Positions 36,296 to 44,666 of a stretch of DNA of 64,000 nucleotides are shown one piece after another. Source of the stretch: Planctomycetota bacterium. Lineage in GTDB: Bacteria > Planctomycetota > UBA1135 > UBA2386. The position numbers were made by a program, and so were the translations under genes. The notes under the pieces are model-generated. The model saw only the letters and a program-made list of their open reading frames with translations, was not told where the DNA came from and ran no database searches. Within the stretch, counting starts at the first letter, position 1, and each line of letters begins with the position of its first letter. The stretch spans positions 6,176,001 through 6,240,000 of the forward strand of contig OZ245006.1 of assembly GCA_965223545.1 (NCBI GenBank), given 5' to 3'.

Positions 36296-39280
36296 TCAGC
36301 GCCGGTGGTGGTTGTGCGCGGTCTCGACGCTCAGGTCGTTGCCGTCGCCGTGGCAGATGGCGCAGCTCTCCAGCCCCAGCGCGCTGTTGGCGGCCATGTG
36401 CGCCAAAGCCGTGCGGCCGTCGTGGCAGGAGCCACACACCATTCGCCATTCGAGATGGGGCGCGGTGCTGGCCTCGTCCGGGTGCAGCCGCAGTGTTGGC
36501 GCGTGCCAGGCAGTGTTTCCGGTGCCGTGGCAGGCCTCGCAATTGGCGGTGCCGCCCTTGAACGACGGGAAGCCCACGTGCTCGTAGCTGTGCGGGTTGC
36601 CGCGAAAGCCGATCACTTGATAGTTGGCGCCGGCCGCCAGATCCAAGCCGTGGTGGATCTTGTGGATCATGCCGCGGAACTCGATGGTGACGCCAGGCGT
36701 CGGCAGGCTGCTCAGGCCACTGGTCTTGTAGATCGGCCAGTCCTCGGCGCCGGCGACCCCGTGGCACAATGTGCAGTTGTCGTAGCCGCGGCGATGGGCG
36801 CCGTGGAACTGCAGGTCGCGGTGGCAGGCGTAGCATGAAGCCGCGCTCTCGATGCGGGTATTGGCTTCCAACGGGCCGCTGCTGCCCAGCCGGAACGCCG
36901 CCACCGTGTTGCCTTCGGCCCCCTCGGTGTACGACGTGATCTGGCTGTTGCCGCCACCGCTGACGGTGACGTCGAAGCTGACTTCGCCGTAGATGCCGAG
37001 GCGGTAGGTGCCGTCGACCAGGTCCATTCCGGTCCATTCGCCGATCGTCGCGTCCAGCGCCGGGGCGTTGGGGTCGGTTGACGGGCTGTTGTTGATCGCA
37101 CCGCGGTAGCGCTGCGGAACGGCGAAGTCGGTCGTGTAGGTCACCAGCACGCGGCCGCTCGGCGCTGCGCCGAAGGTGATCGTGCCGGTCGCCTCATCCA
37201 GGGTGAACCCGGTCTCGGCGGTGGCGGTCACGGCGACGACTTCGACGCTCGCACTGGCCAGGTGCTGGTTTCTCGGAACGCTGCCGACCACGTCGATCGG
37301 CGCGGCGAACCACAGCCGATCGTCCTGCACGGCCAGCACCTCGACGTACTCTCGGGACGCGGTGGCTTCGTCGATGACGATGATGTCGCCGGCGGCAAAG
37401 CCCGAGCCATCGGTCACGTCCAGATAGTTCTGGTGGGGCGCGACGTCGGCCGTCAAGAAGACTCCCGAGCTCACGCCGGTCGGCACTGTCCAGACCAGGG
37501 TCTGGCCATGTGTGCCGAAGCGCGTGTCGTAGTGCGGCGTGCGCGCGGTGTTGAACACCGTCGCGGAGACTGGCGTCGCCTCCTCCAGCGGGACCCTCTC
37601 GGGCAGGATGAAGGTGTGGCTGCTGCCGGCGCCGGTCAGGATCGATGTCGGCGACGGCGCGCGGGACGGGTTGCTGTTGAAGCCGGTGAAGTAGAGCGAG
37701 TTGGGATTCTCCACCGGTCCCGTGGCGATGATCTCGACGCGCTCCAGCGCGGCGGGGTCGACCCGCGCGCCCTGGCCGTCGACCAGGTCGACCGCGACCT
37801 CGATCCCCTCGCCGACCTCGATCAAACCGTCGCCGTCACCGTTGACCTCGTTGATCGCGGTGACGTTGAACTGCAGCCCGCGGGCGCCGGCGCCGGCACC
37901 CCACAACGGGGTGGGGCTGGTGTCCAGCAGCGGGTGGGTGTGCGCCTTGCGCACGTTGATCGCGGCGTTCGGGTTGGTCGGCGCCTCGCCGTGGCACGCC
38001 GTGCAGGTGGTGTCGTCCAGCGACGCCGGCATCGTGCGGCCGTTCGCGGTGTAGGGTTTGCTCGGGTCCCAGTCGTCGTGGCAGGCGATGCAGGCCCGGG
38101 TCACGATCGTGTTGCTGAAGATCGCGTCGCCGTCGGCGGGAGGCTGTTGCGGGCCGGTGCCGTCCGGGTCGCCGTGGCAGGCGGCGCAGTTGGTCGGGCC
38201 GCCCAGGATCGCGTCCTCGATGTCCTGCTCGTTGCCCGCCAGGGCGTCGTAGCCGACGTCGCGCGGCATGCCTTGCGACAGGTGCGGCCACTGCGGGAAC
38301 GCGACGTGGGAGAAGTCGAACTCGCCGCGCGAACGCACGATGACGTACGGAGTCGGGCTCCCGTACACCGGGTCGCCGGCGCCGTCCACCGACTTTCCGT
38401 TGACGCTCGGCAGGTGCCGGCCGGAGTGGATCTTGTGGATCATCGTCTGGAACGAGATGCTCAAGCCCAGGGTCTCGCCGGCCACCGCGTTGGGGTCGTT
38501 GAGGTCTTCGGCGCCGTTGGTGTGACACAACACGCACATCGCGACGCCGTAGCGGTTGTCGCCGTGCGCGCGCAGCGTCGTGTGGCAGCTCTGGCAGTTG
38601 GCATCGGTCACCAGCTCGGGATGGTCGATCTGCGTCGCGCTGCCGAACAAGACATCGATGGTCGTCGACGTGGCATCGCGGAAGGTGGTCCCCTCGATCT
38701 CGATGTTCTGCCGCATCGATATGCCGATCGTGTAGGTGCCGTCGGGCAGCGGCTGGCCGGCCAGGGTGCCGGAGTCGTAGGGGATGGTGTTGGCCTGGTT
38801 GATCTGGTCCGGCACCGTCACCGGGATCGGGTCGGGCCAGGTGAACGTCCAGCTGCCATCCGCGTTCTGCGTGGCGTTGTCGGCGATGTCGCGCGTGCTC
38901 AGCATGAGCTGGTAGTTGTTGGCCGGGCCGGCGAACAGCGCTTCCTGGAACGCCCAGTTGGCGGACGGAATCGGATCGCCCGGCGGGTTGCTGCCCTGCG
39001 CGCCCTCGGTCGCGGTGAAGGTGACCGCGATGCGATCGCCCGCGCGGAAGTTGCCGTTGGGCCCGGAGCCGCCGTCGACGTCGACGATCTGCAGGTTGAA
39101 GCCGGGCAGTGCACTGCTACGGGTCAGCGTGGGGGTGTTGCCGCCGGGGGGGCCGGGCGGACCCTGAGCGCCGTCGTCCCCGCTGCACGCTACGCCGAGC
39201 AGTGTCAGAGCCAAGATGGCGCTGGTCCGGCGGTGCGCGTTCACCGGGGGCGGGAAGGCGGAAGTACGGATCGGTGACAT
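36296..39280 (-). CDS. MtrC/OmcA-like decaheme c-type cytochrome lipoprotein (paralog 1, about 994 aa)
   Basis: Lipobox LGVAC then SGDDGAQGPPG; 10 CxxCH in 5+5 layout (CQSCH, CVLCH, CAACH, CIACH, CTACH / CYACH, CTLCH, CEACH, CGSCH, CAICH) separated by beta-rich domains; MIHKIH twice. Confidence 0.9.
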   Translation of the reverse strand: MSPIRTSAFPPPVNAHRRTSAILALTLLGVACSGDDGAQGPPGPPGGNTPTLTRSSALPGFNLQIVDVDGGSGPNGNFRAGDRIAVTFTATEGAQGSNPPGDPIPSANWAFQEALFAGPANNYQLMLSTRDIADNATQNADGSWTFTWPDPIPVTVPDQINQANTIPYDSGTLAGQPLPDGTYTIGISMRQNIEIEGTTFRDATSTTIDVLFGSATQIDHPELVTDANCQSCHTTLRAHGDNRYGVAMCVLCHTNGAEDLNDPNAVAGETLGLSISFQTMIHKIHSGRHLPSVNGKSVDGAGDPVYGSPTPYVIVRSRGEFDFSHVAFPQWPHLSQGMPRDVGYDALAGNEQDIEDAILGGPTNCAACHGDPDGTGPQQPPADGDAIFSNTIVTRACIACHDDWDPSKPYTANGRTMPASLDDTTCTACHGEAPTNPNAAINVRKAHTHPLLDTSPTPLWGAGAGARGLQFNVTAINEVNGDGDGLIEVGEGIEVAVDLVDGQGARVDPAALERVEIIATGPVENPNSLYFTGFNSNPSRAPSPTSILTGAGSSHTFILPERVPLEEATPVSATVFNTARTPHYDTRFGTHGQTLVWTVPTGVSSGVFLTADVAPHQNYLDVTDGSGFAAGDIIVIDEATASREYVEVLAVQDDRLWFAAPIDVVGSVPRNQHLASASVEVVAVTATAETGFTLDEATGTITFGAAPSGRVLVTYTTDFAVPQRYRGAINNSPSTDPNAPALDATIGEWTGMDLVDGTYRLGIYGEVSFDVTVSGGGNSQITSYTEGAEGNTVAAFRLGSSGPLEANTRIESAASCYACHRDLQFHGAHRRGYDNCTLCHGVAGAEDWPIYKTSGLSSLPTPGVTIEFRGMIHKIHHGLDLAAGANYQVIGFRGNPHSYEHVGFPSFKGGTANCEACHGTGNTAWHAPTLRLHPDEASTAPHLEWRMVCGSCHDGRTALAHMAANSALGLESCAICHGDGNDLSVETAHNHHRR

Positions 39281-39370
39281 CGTCGGCTCCGGGTTTCGGG
39301 GGATGAAGGCAGGAGACCTGCATCCTCGAGACGCGCGCGCCAACGTTGCAATTTCCGCCGAGCATCCGGC

Positions 39371-40453
39371 GTGGTGCAGATAGCCGTGCGCTGGAAACCT
39401 CTGTTGCTCTTGGTGGTGTTGGTCGCGATGGCCGGGCTCTTCTTCGGCGTCCGGCGAGCGGCCGATGCCGAGCCCGCCTCCGTTGCGCGCGGTTCGACCC
39501 CGCGCGCGATGCCGATACCGCGTGTGGCGGAGACGATCACGGTCCGCAGCCCGGTCGGCAGCGCGGGGGAGGTCGCCGGCGTCGCCAACCCGATGTCCGA
39601 CGCGGTCGCATCGGCCGGGTTCGGCACCGTGGTGCTGCACGTGCGGTCCACCGGCGAAGAGCCGGCACTTGTTGCGCAGTGGCGGCTCGTGGAGGCCGTT
39701 GCGGGCATGCCGCTGGGCGGTGAGCTCACCGGAGGATTCGCACAGCTCCGGGTCCCGCGCGGTCGCTCGGTGCAGGTCGTGCTCGTGGCCGCCGGTCATC
39801 AGCCGTCGCTACCGGTCGACGTCTCGCTCGCGATCGATGAGCGATCGCGCGCGCTGGTGGTTCCACTGGTTCCGCGTCGCGGTTCTGCCATCGTGCTGCG
39901 GGTCGCCGACCGGCACGGGCGCGCCGTACCCGCCATTCGCGTCCTCGCCGAGCGCCGCGTCGGCTGGCACCAGTGGCAGGCGCGGCCGCCGCGGATTCTG
40001 GCTGCGCACGCGGGATCGTTTTCAGTGCCCGTCCCCCAGGACGGGGCACATCGCTTGAAGGTCGTCGGCTTGGATGCTGCCCATCGCCCCTGGCCGGCTT
40101 TGGCGGTGACCGCCAGTCTTCGCGTGCCGGCCGACGCGGAGGACGCGCTCGACCTGCGGCTGCCGGCGGGCGGGACGGTCGAGCTGTGTGCCGCGGCCGC
40201 GTTGCCGGCGGGGACCACCGCCGAGATCTCCGCGCGCGACGGGCTCGTGCGCGGTCGGCGTTGGTTGCGGCTCGGCGGCGGCGATGCGGTGCCGTGCACC
40301 GTGCTCACCGGCCACCGGCGTTGGGTTTGCGAGCACCCATTCCCGCCCGGTGAGTACACCGTGTTCGTCCATTGGCCGAGCGACGGGCAGAGCTATCCGG
40401 TGCGGGTGCACGCCGACCGTCGCGTGAAAGTCCGGCTCGGACCCCGGAGTTGA
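39371..40453 (+). CDS. Membrane-anchored hypothetical protein with Ig/carboxypeptidase-regulatory-like beta domains
   Basis: N-terminal hydrophobic anchor; LRVADRHGRAVP, PPGEYTVFV patterns; first gene of the cytochrome operon. Confidence 0.65.
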   Translation: MVQIAVRWKPLLLLVVLVAMAGLFFGVRRAADAEPASVARGSTPRAMPIPRVAETITVRSPVGSAGEVAGVANPMSDAVASAGFGTVVLHVRSTGEEPALVAQWRLVEAVAGMPLGGELTGGFAQLRVPRGRSVQVVLVAAGHQPSLPVDVSLAIDERSRALVVPLVPRRGSAIVLRVADRHGRAVPAIRVLAERRVGWHQWQARPPRILAAHAGSFSVPVPQDGAHRLKVVGLDAAHRPWPALAVTASLRVPADAEDALDLRLPAGGTVELCAAAALPAGTTAEISARDGLVRGRRWLRLGGGDAVPCTVLTGHRRWVCEHPFPPGEYTVFVHWPSDGQSYPVRVHADRRVKVRLGPRS

Positions 40454-40498
40454 GTTCTCCCGTGAGCTGCCGACTGGGCGCTGCACGAAGAGCCAGCC

Positions 40499-41917
40499 AT
40501 GAGCCATGAACCGAGGACCGCACCCACCGGCGGCACGCTGGACCGGATCCATCGGCTGATCCGCTCGAACTGGCTGTCGTCGAGCGGGGCCGCGATCGCC
40601 ACGCTGGGGTTGCTCGGCACGGTGACCGGGCTTTCGCTGCACGCCGCCGGTGCTTGGAGTGGCCCCTACGTCGGCATTCTGACGGTGATCGTCCTGCCGG
40701 CGCTGTTCGTCTTCGGCCTGCTGCTCGTGCCGCTCGGCTTGCTGGTCTACCGGCGGCAGCTGCACGACCGCGTGCGGCGCCTCGCCGACCGGCCGATGTA
40801 CCTGGCGCGCGCAGTGGCCGCGCTGACCATCGTCAACTTCGCAGGGGTCGCCACCGTCGGCTACACCGGCGTCAGCTACATGAGCTCGACGCAGTTCTGC
40901 GGCACCGCCTGCCACCAGGCGATGGAGCCGGAGTACCTGGCCTATCAGCACTCACCCCACGCCAACGTCGGCTGTGTCGCGTGCCACGTCGGCGAGGGTG
41001 CCCAGGCGTTCGTCGAGTCCAAGCTCAACGGCGTCAGCCAGCTGATCGGCTACTTGACCGACGACTACAGCCGGCCGATCCCAACGCCGGTGCACAACCT
41101 GCGGCCGGCGGACGAGACCTGCGAGAATTGCCATTGGCCGGAGAAATACCTCGGCACCAAGCTGATGGTGCGGCCGCACTACCGCGAGGACGAGGCGGTC
41201 TCCGCCTACGTCAACGTGCTGTTGATGCGCACCGGCGGGACGCGCGCCGATGGCGCGTCGACCGGTATCCACTGGCATGCCCATCCGGACGTGACGGTCG
41301 AGTACGTCGCCACCGATCCGCACCGCGAGAAGATCCCGTGGGTGAGGGTGCGCGACCGCGACGGCAGCGAGCGCGTGTTCACCGAAGAAGGCGTCGACCC
41401 AAGCACACCGCCACCCGGTGCGCTGCGGCGGATGGACTGCACCGACTGCCACAACCGTGCCGCGCACGCCTTCGAGCGCCCCGAGGACGCGGTCGACGCC
41501 GCGATCGCGGCCGGCATGATCGACCGCAGGCTTCCCTTCGTGCGCAAGCACGCCGTCGAGGTCCTGCGCATGGGGCACACCCGCGAGGGCGCGGCGGCCG
41601 CGATCCGCCGCGCCATGCACGCGGCGTACAACGCCGATGGCGTGCTCGATGCCGACACCCGGCCGGCGCTGGAACCGGCGATCGAGGCCTTGATCGAGAT
41701 CTGGCAGCGCAACGTCTACCCCGATCGCAAGCTGTTCTGGGACTCGTATCCCGACCTCAGCGCCCACTACGGCTGCATGCGCTGCCATGAAGGCAATCAC
41801 CGCGACGCCGCGGGCGCGGTGATCCCGTCCAAGTGCAACGTCTGCCACGTCGTCTTGAGCGACGAGGAGGAGGACCCCGCGATCTTGAATGCGTTGGGGT
41901 TGCAGTTGCCGCGGTGA
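40499..41917 (+). CDS. NapC/NirT-domain inner-membrane multiheme cytochrome, ImcH-like
   Basis: Three N-terminal transmembrane helices (PYVGIL...), FCGTACH..M.PEY (CxxxCH) plus CVACH, CENCH, CTDCH, CMRCH, CNVCH; GIHWH. Confidence 0.85.
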   Translation: MSHEPRTAPTGGTLDRIHRLIRSNWLSSSGAAIATLGLLGTVTGLSLHAAGAWSGPYVGILTVIVLPALFVFGLLLVPLGLLVYRRQLHDRVRRLADRPMYLARAVAALTIVNFAGVATVGYTGVSYMSSTQFCGTACHQAMEPEYLAYQHSPHANVGCVACHVGEGAQAFVESKLNGVSQLIGYLTDDYSRPIPTPVHNLRPADETCENCHWPEKYLGTKLMVRPHYREDEAVSAYVNVLLMRTGGTRADGASTGIHWHAHPDVTVEYVATDPHREKIPWVRVRDRDGSERVFTEEGVDPSTPPPGALRRMDCTDCHNRAAHAFERPEDAVDAAIAAGMIDRRLPFVRKHAVEVLRMGHTREGAAAAIRRAMHAAYNADGVLDADTRPALEPAIEALIEIWQRNVYPDRKLFWDSYPDLSAHYGCMRCHEGNHRDAAGAVIPSKCNVCHVVLSDEEEDPAILNALGLQLPR

Positions 41918-43668
41918 GGGTGAAGCGGCAGTTCTGGCGGCACTCCTGGCTCGCCGCTGTCGTCGCGGTGACGGCACCGGTGCCGGCACAGGACCCCCGC
42001 CCCCCGCGGCGGCCGCCGCCACTGGACGAAACCGAGGCGGCGGCGCGCGCGTTGGAGAAGCTGCTCGGCAAGGGTGTGCAGCGAGTGGACGAGAGCAATC
42101 GCGCCGAGCTGCTACCGCAGGGGCCGCCGCCGCGGGCAGTGACCGAAGCGCAGGGTGTGGGTCCGCCGGGTGTCGGTGGACCGCCGCCGTACGGGCCGCC
42201 GGCCGCGGGGCCGCGGGGAGCCCCGCCGCAGGACCCCCGCGCCCCGCCGCGCGCCGAGCCGCTGCGCGAGCCCGAGGCCGCTGCCGAGGCCTTGCGTCAG
42301 TTGTTGCCGCAGGCACAGCCTGTGACCGAGCGGCCGACCGAGCCGCTTCGCCCGACGGGCGATCCTCCGCCCGGTCCGGCGATACCGCCGCCGTTGCCGC
42401 CGCGCGAGGTCCCCGCCGGCGCCGCGGCCGCTCCCGCTCCGCCGGCGCTGGGTGTGCGCGGCACTCTGTCGCTGCGCTACCTCGGGCGCTGGGCCGATGA
42501 CCGCGACCAAGACCTGCGCGGCGTGTTGGCGTTCGACGTGGGTGAGGCCGACGCGCACCCGCTGACGTTCCACTTCGTGGGCCGCGGCCAGCTCGATCTC
42601 GACGGCCGCCAGCAGGCGAACGGGTTCAACGGTCTCGAGGAGTCCTTTGGCCGGGCGCAGACCGGTCGGATCTACGACGCCTATCTCGACGTGCACGCGG
42701 TCGAGGGCCTGGGCATCGCGCGCCTGGGGCGGCAGTCGATCTACGATACTCCCGAGCTCGCGTTCTTCGACGGCGTGCGAGTGCAGAGTGAGGAGCTCGG
42801 CACGCTCCGCGCCTGGGTCGGTGGCTACGGCGGCGTCCCGGTGCACCTGTTCGAGGCGTCGGCGCGCGGCGATTGGCTCGGCGGCGTCTGCGCGGGCGCT
42901 CGCCCATGGCGCGGCGGGCGTGTGCGGCTCGACGGCATGTACGCCCGGGACCGGACCACTGGGGGAACGCTCGACGACGATCTGTGGGCGGTGTCGGTGT
43001 GGCAGTCGATGTCCGACGCAGTGTCTTTGCACGGCAGTCACTCGTGGCTCGGCGGGGCGGCCCGAGACCTGCGCTTGACGCTGGACGCGGCCGCGTCCGA
43101 GGGGCTCGACGTGCGCGCCCGATACTTCGAGCTGTTGCGCACGCAACACTGGCGTGCCCTCGAGTTCGACCCGTTCTCCAGCGCGACGATCGCCTACCGG
43201 CCCTACCGGCAGCTCGACCTGTCGGTGGCGCAGGCGCTGGGCGAGGTCGCCGAGGTCGCGGTCGGTTACGACCTGCGGCGGCTGGCGGATCGCAGCGCGG
43301 AGGCGGCGTTCAACCGTGAGTTCGACCGCGCCTACGCGACGTTGGCGATCGACGGAGTGGGCGGGATGGACTTCGGTGGCGACGTCACCGCCGAGCATTG
43401 GGACAGCTCGGGCGAGGACGTGTTCGCCATCGACGCTTCGGTGCGCGCCGCGTTGTCGGCGCAGTGGCGTGCGACGGTGGGGACCGCGTACTGGCACTAC
43501 AAGATGGACCACCTGCGCGGTCGCGAGCAGGAACGCGTCCGCGCGTACTTCTTGCGCTTCGACGGCCGCCTTGGCGATCGCTTGCGCTTCGACTTGGACT
43601 ACTCCTACGAGGATGGCGAGTTCGACCGCTACCACTCGCTGCGAGGAGGCTTGACATGGCAGTTCTGA
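41914..43668 (+). CDS. Outer-membrane beta-barrel porin with proline-rich N-terminal extension
   Basis: Signal peptide, about 150 aa Pro-rich segment, then alternating beta-strands (ARLGRQ, FFDGVRV) ending LRGGLTWQF; GTGA overlap with the upstream stop (alternative GTG 41920). Confidence 0.8.
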   Translation: MRVKRQFWRHSWLAAVVAVTAPVPAQDPRPPRRPPPLDETEAAARALEKLLGKGVQRVDESNRAELLPQGPPPRAVTEAQGVGPPGVGGPPPYGPPAAGPRGAPPQDPRAPPRAEPLREPEAAAEALRQLLPQAQPVTERPTEPLRPTGDPPPGPAIPPPLPPREVPAGAAAAPAPPALGVRGTLSLRYLGRWADDRDQDLRGVLAFDVGEADAHPLTFHFVGRGQLDLDGRQQANGFNGLEESFGRAQTGRIYDAYLDVHAVEGLGIARLGRQSIYDTPELAFFDGVRVQSEELGTLRAWVGGYGGVPVHLFEASARGDWLGGVCAGARPWRGGRVRLDGMYARDRTTGGTLDDDLWAVSVWQSMSDAVSLHGSHSWLGGAARDLRLTLDAAASEGLDVRARYFELLRTQHWRALEFDPFSSATIAYRPYRQLDLSVAQALGEVAEVAVGYDLRRLADRSAEAAFNREFDRAYATLAIDGVGGMDFGGDVTAEHWDSSGEDVFAIDASVRAALSAQWRATVGTAYWHYKMDHLRGREQERVRAYFLRFDGRLGDRLRFDLDYSYEDGEFDRYHSLRGGLTWQF

Positions 43669-44666
43669 AGCGTCGCGGGGCGCGCTGGTGGCTTGTTCTC
43701 GGGCTCCTGGTCGGCACCGCCGCGTGTTTCGTCGCCGGGTGGCGCGGACGGGAAGAGCCGCGGTTCTCCCACGCGGTGCACGGCGAGGACCAGGGCCTGA
43801 CCTGTGTGCAGTGCCATTCCGGCGCGCGCTTGGCCGCGGGCGCCGGAATGCCGGGGCCGCAGCTGTGCCAACCCTGCCACGAGCGCTTCGATGCGGACAA
43901 GCCGCCGGATCGCCGCCTGGCGGCGTACTTCGACGCCAGCGGCCGGTTTCTTCGCACGCCCCGGTCGCCGCTGTCGGTCGAGGTGGCGTTCTCGCACGCG
44001 GCGCACGCGCTGCGGGATGTCGGCTGCCGCGACTGCCACGCGGACCTGGACGGCGGCGCCGCGGTGCCGCCGACTCCGGCGGCGCGCAAGGATCAGTGCA
44101 TGCAGTGCCACCAGCGTGCCGGCAGGAGCAACGAGTGCGCCGAGTGCCACCGCGAGGTCGACCGCGACTGGGTGCCCGCGACGCATTCGCTGCAGTGGGA
44201 GCACCGGCACGGCGACTGGCTGCGCGCCGATCCGGGTGGATTGGCCGCGCGGTGCGACCTCTGCCACCAGCAGTCCAGCTGTCAGACGTGCCACCGCGAG
44301 CAGCTGCCCCGCGACCACACGCACCATTGGCGGCGGCGTGGTCACGGCTTGGCGGCGTCGATCGACCGCAGTCGCTGCAGTACCTGCCACCGCTCGGACG
44401 CGTGCGATCGCTGCCACGAGTCGACGCGGCCGATGAGCCACGGCGGCACCTTCGGCGCGCCGCGCAGCAGACACTGCACTTCGTGCCATCTGCCGGTCTC
44501 CGCCACCGGCTGCTTCACCTGCCACAAGCACACGCCGAGCCACACGCTGGCGGCGCCGTTGCCGCCCGGCCACTCGCCGGCAATGAACTGCCGCCAGTGC
44601 CATGGCGCCGGTGCGTCGATGCCACACCCCGACGGAGGTCACGCATGCACGGCCTGCCATCGATGA
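43656..44666 (+). CDS. 13-heme c-type cytochrome (exported, cytochrome c3/c7-like N-half)
   Basis: GGAGG RBS; hydrophobic N-terminus; 13 CxxCH motifs in 336 aa; FSH..H motifs. Confidence 0.92.
   Translation: MAVLKRRGARWWLVLGLLVGTAACFVAGWRGREEPRFSHAVHGEDQGLTCVQCHSGARLAAGAGMPGPQLCQPCHERFDADKPPDRRLAAYFDASGRFLRTPRSPLSVEVAFSHAAHALRDVGCRDCHADLDGGAAVPPTPAARKDQCMQCHQRAGRSNECAECHREVDRDWVPATHSLQWEHRHGDWLRADPGGLAARCDLCHQQSSCQTCHREQLPRDHTHHWRRRGHGLAASIDRSRCSTCHRSDACDRCHESTRPMSHGGTFGAPRSRHCTSCHLPVSATGCFTCHKHTPSHTLAAPLPPGHSPAMNCRQCHGAGASMPHPDGGHACTACHR

Noticed and set aside
39140..39185. Collagen-like GPPGPP after the lipobox of both decahemes
   Set aside because: Only a few triplets; a common linker in MtrC/OmcA-family lipoproteins, not a collagen domain.
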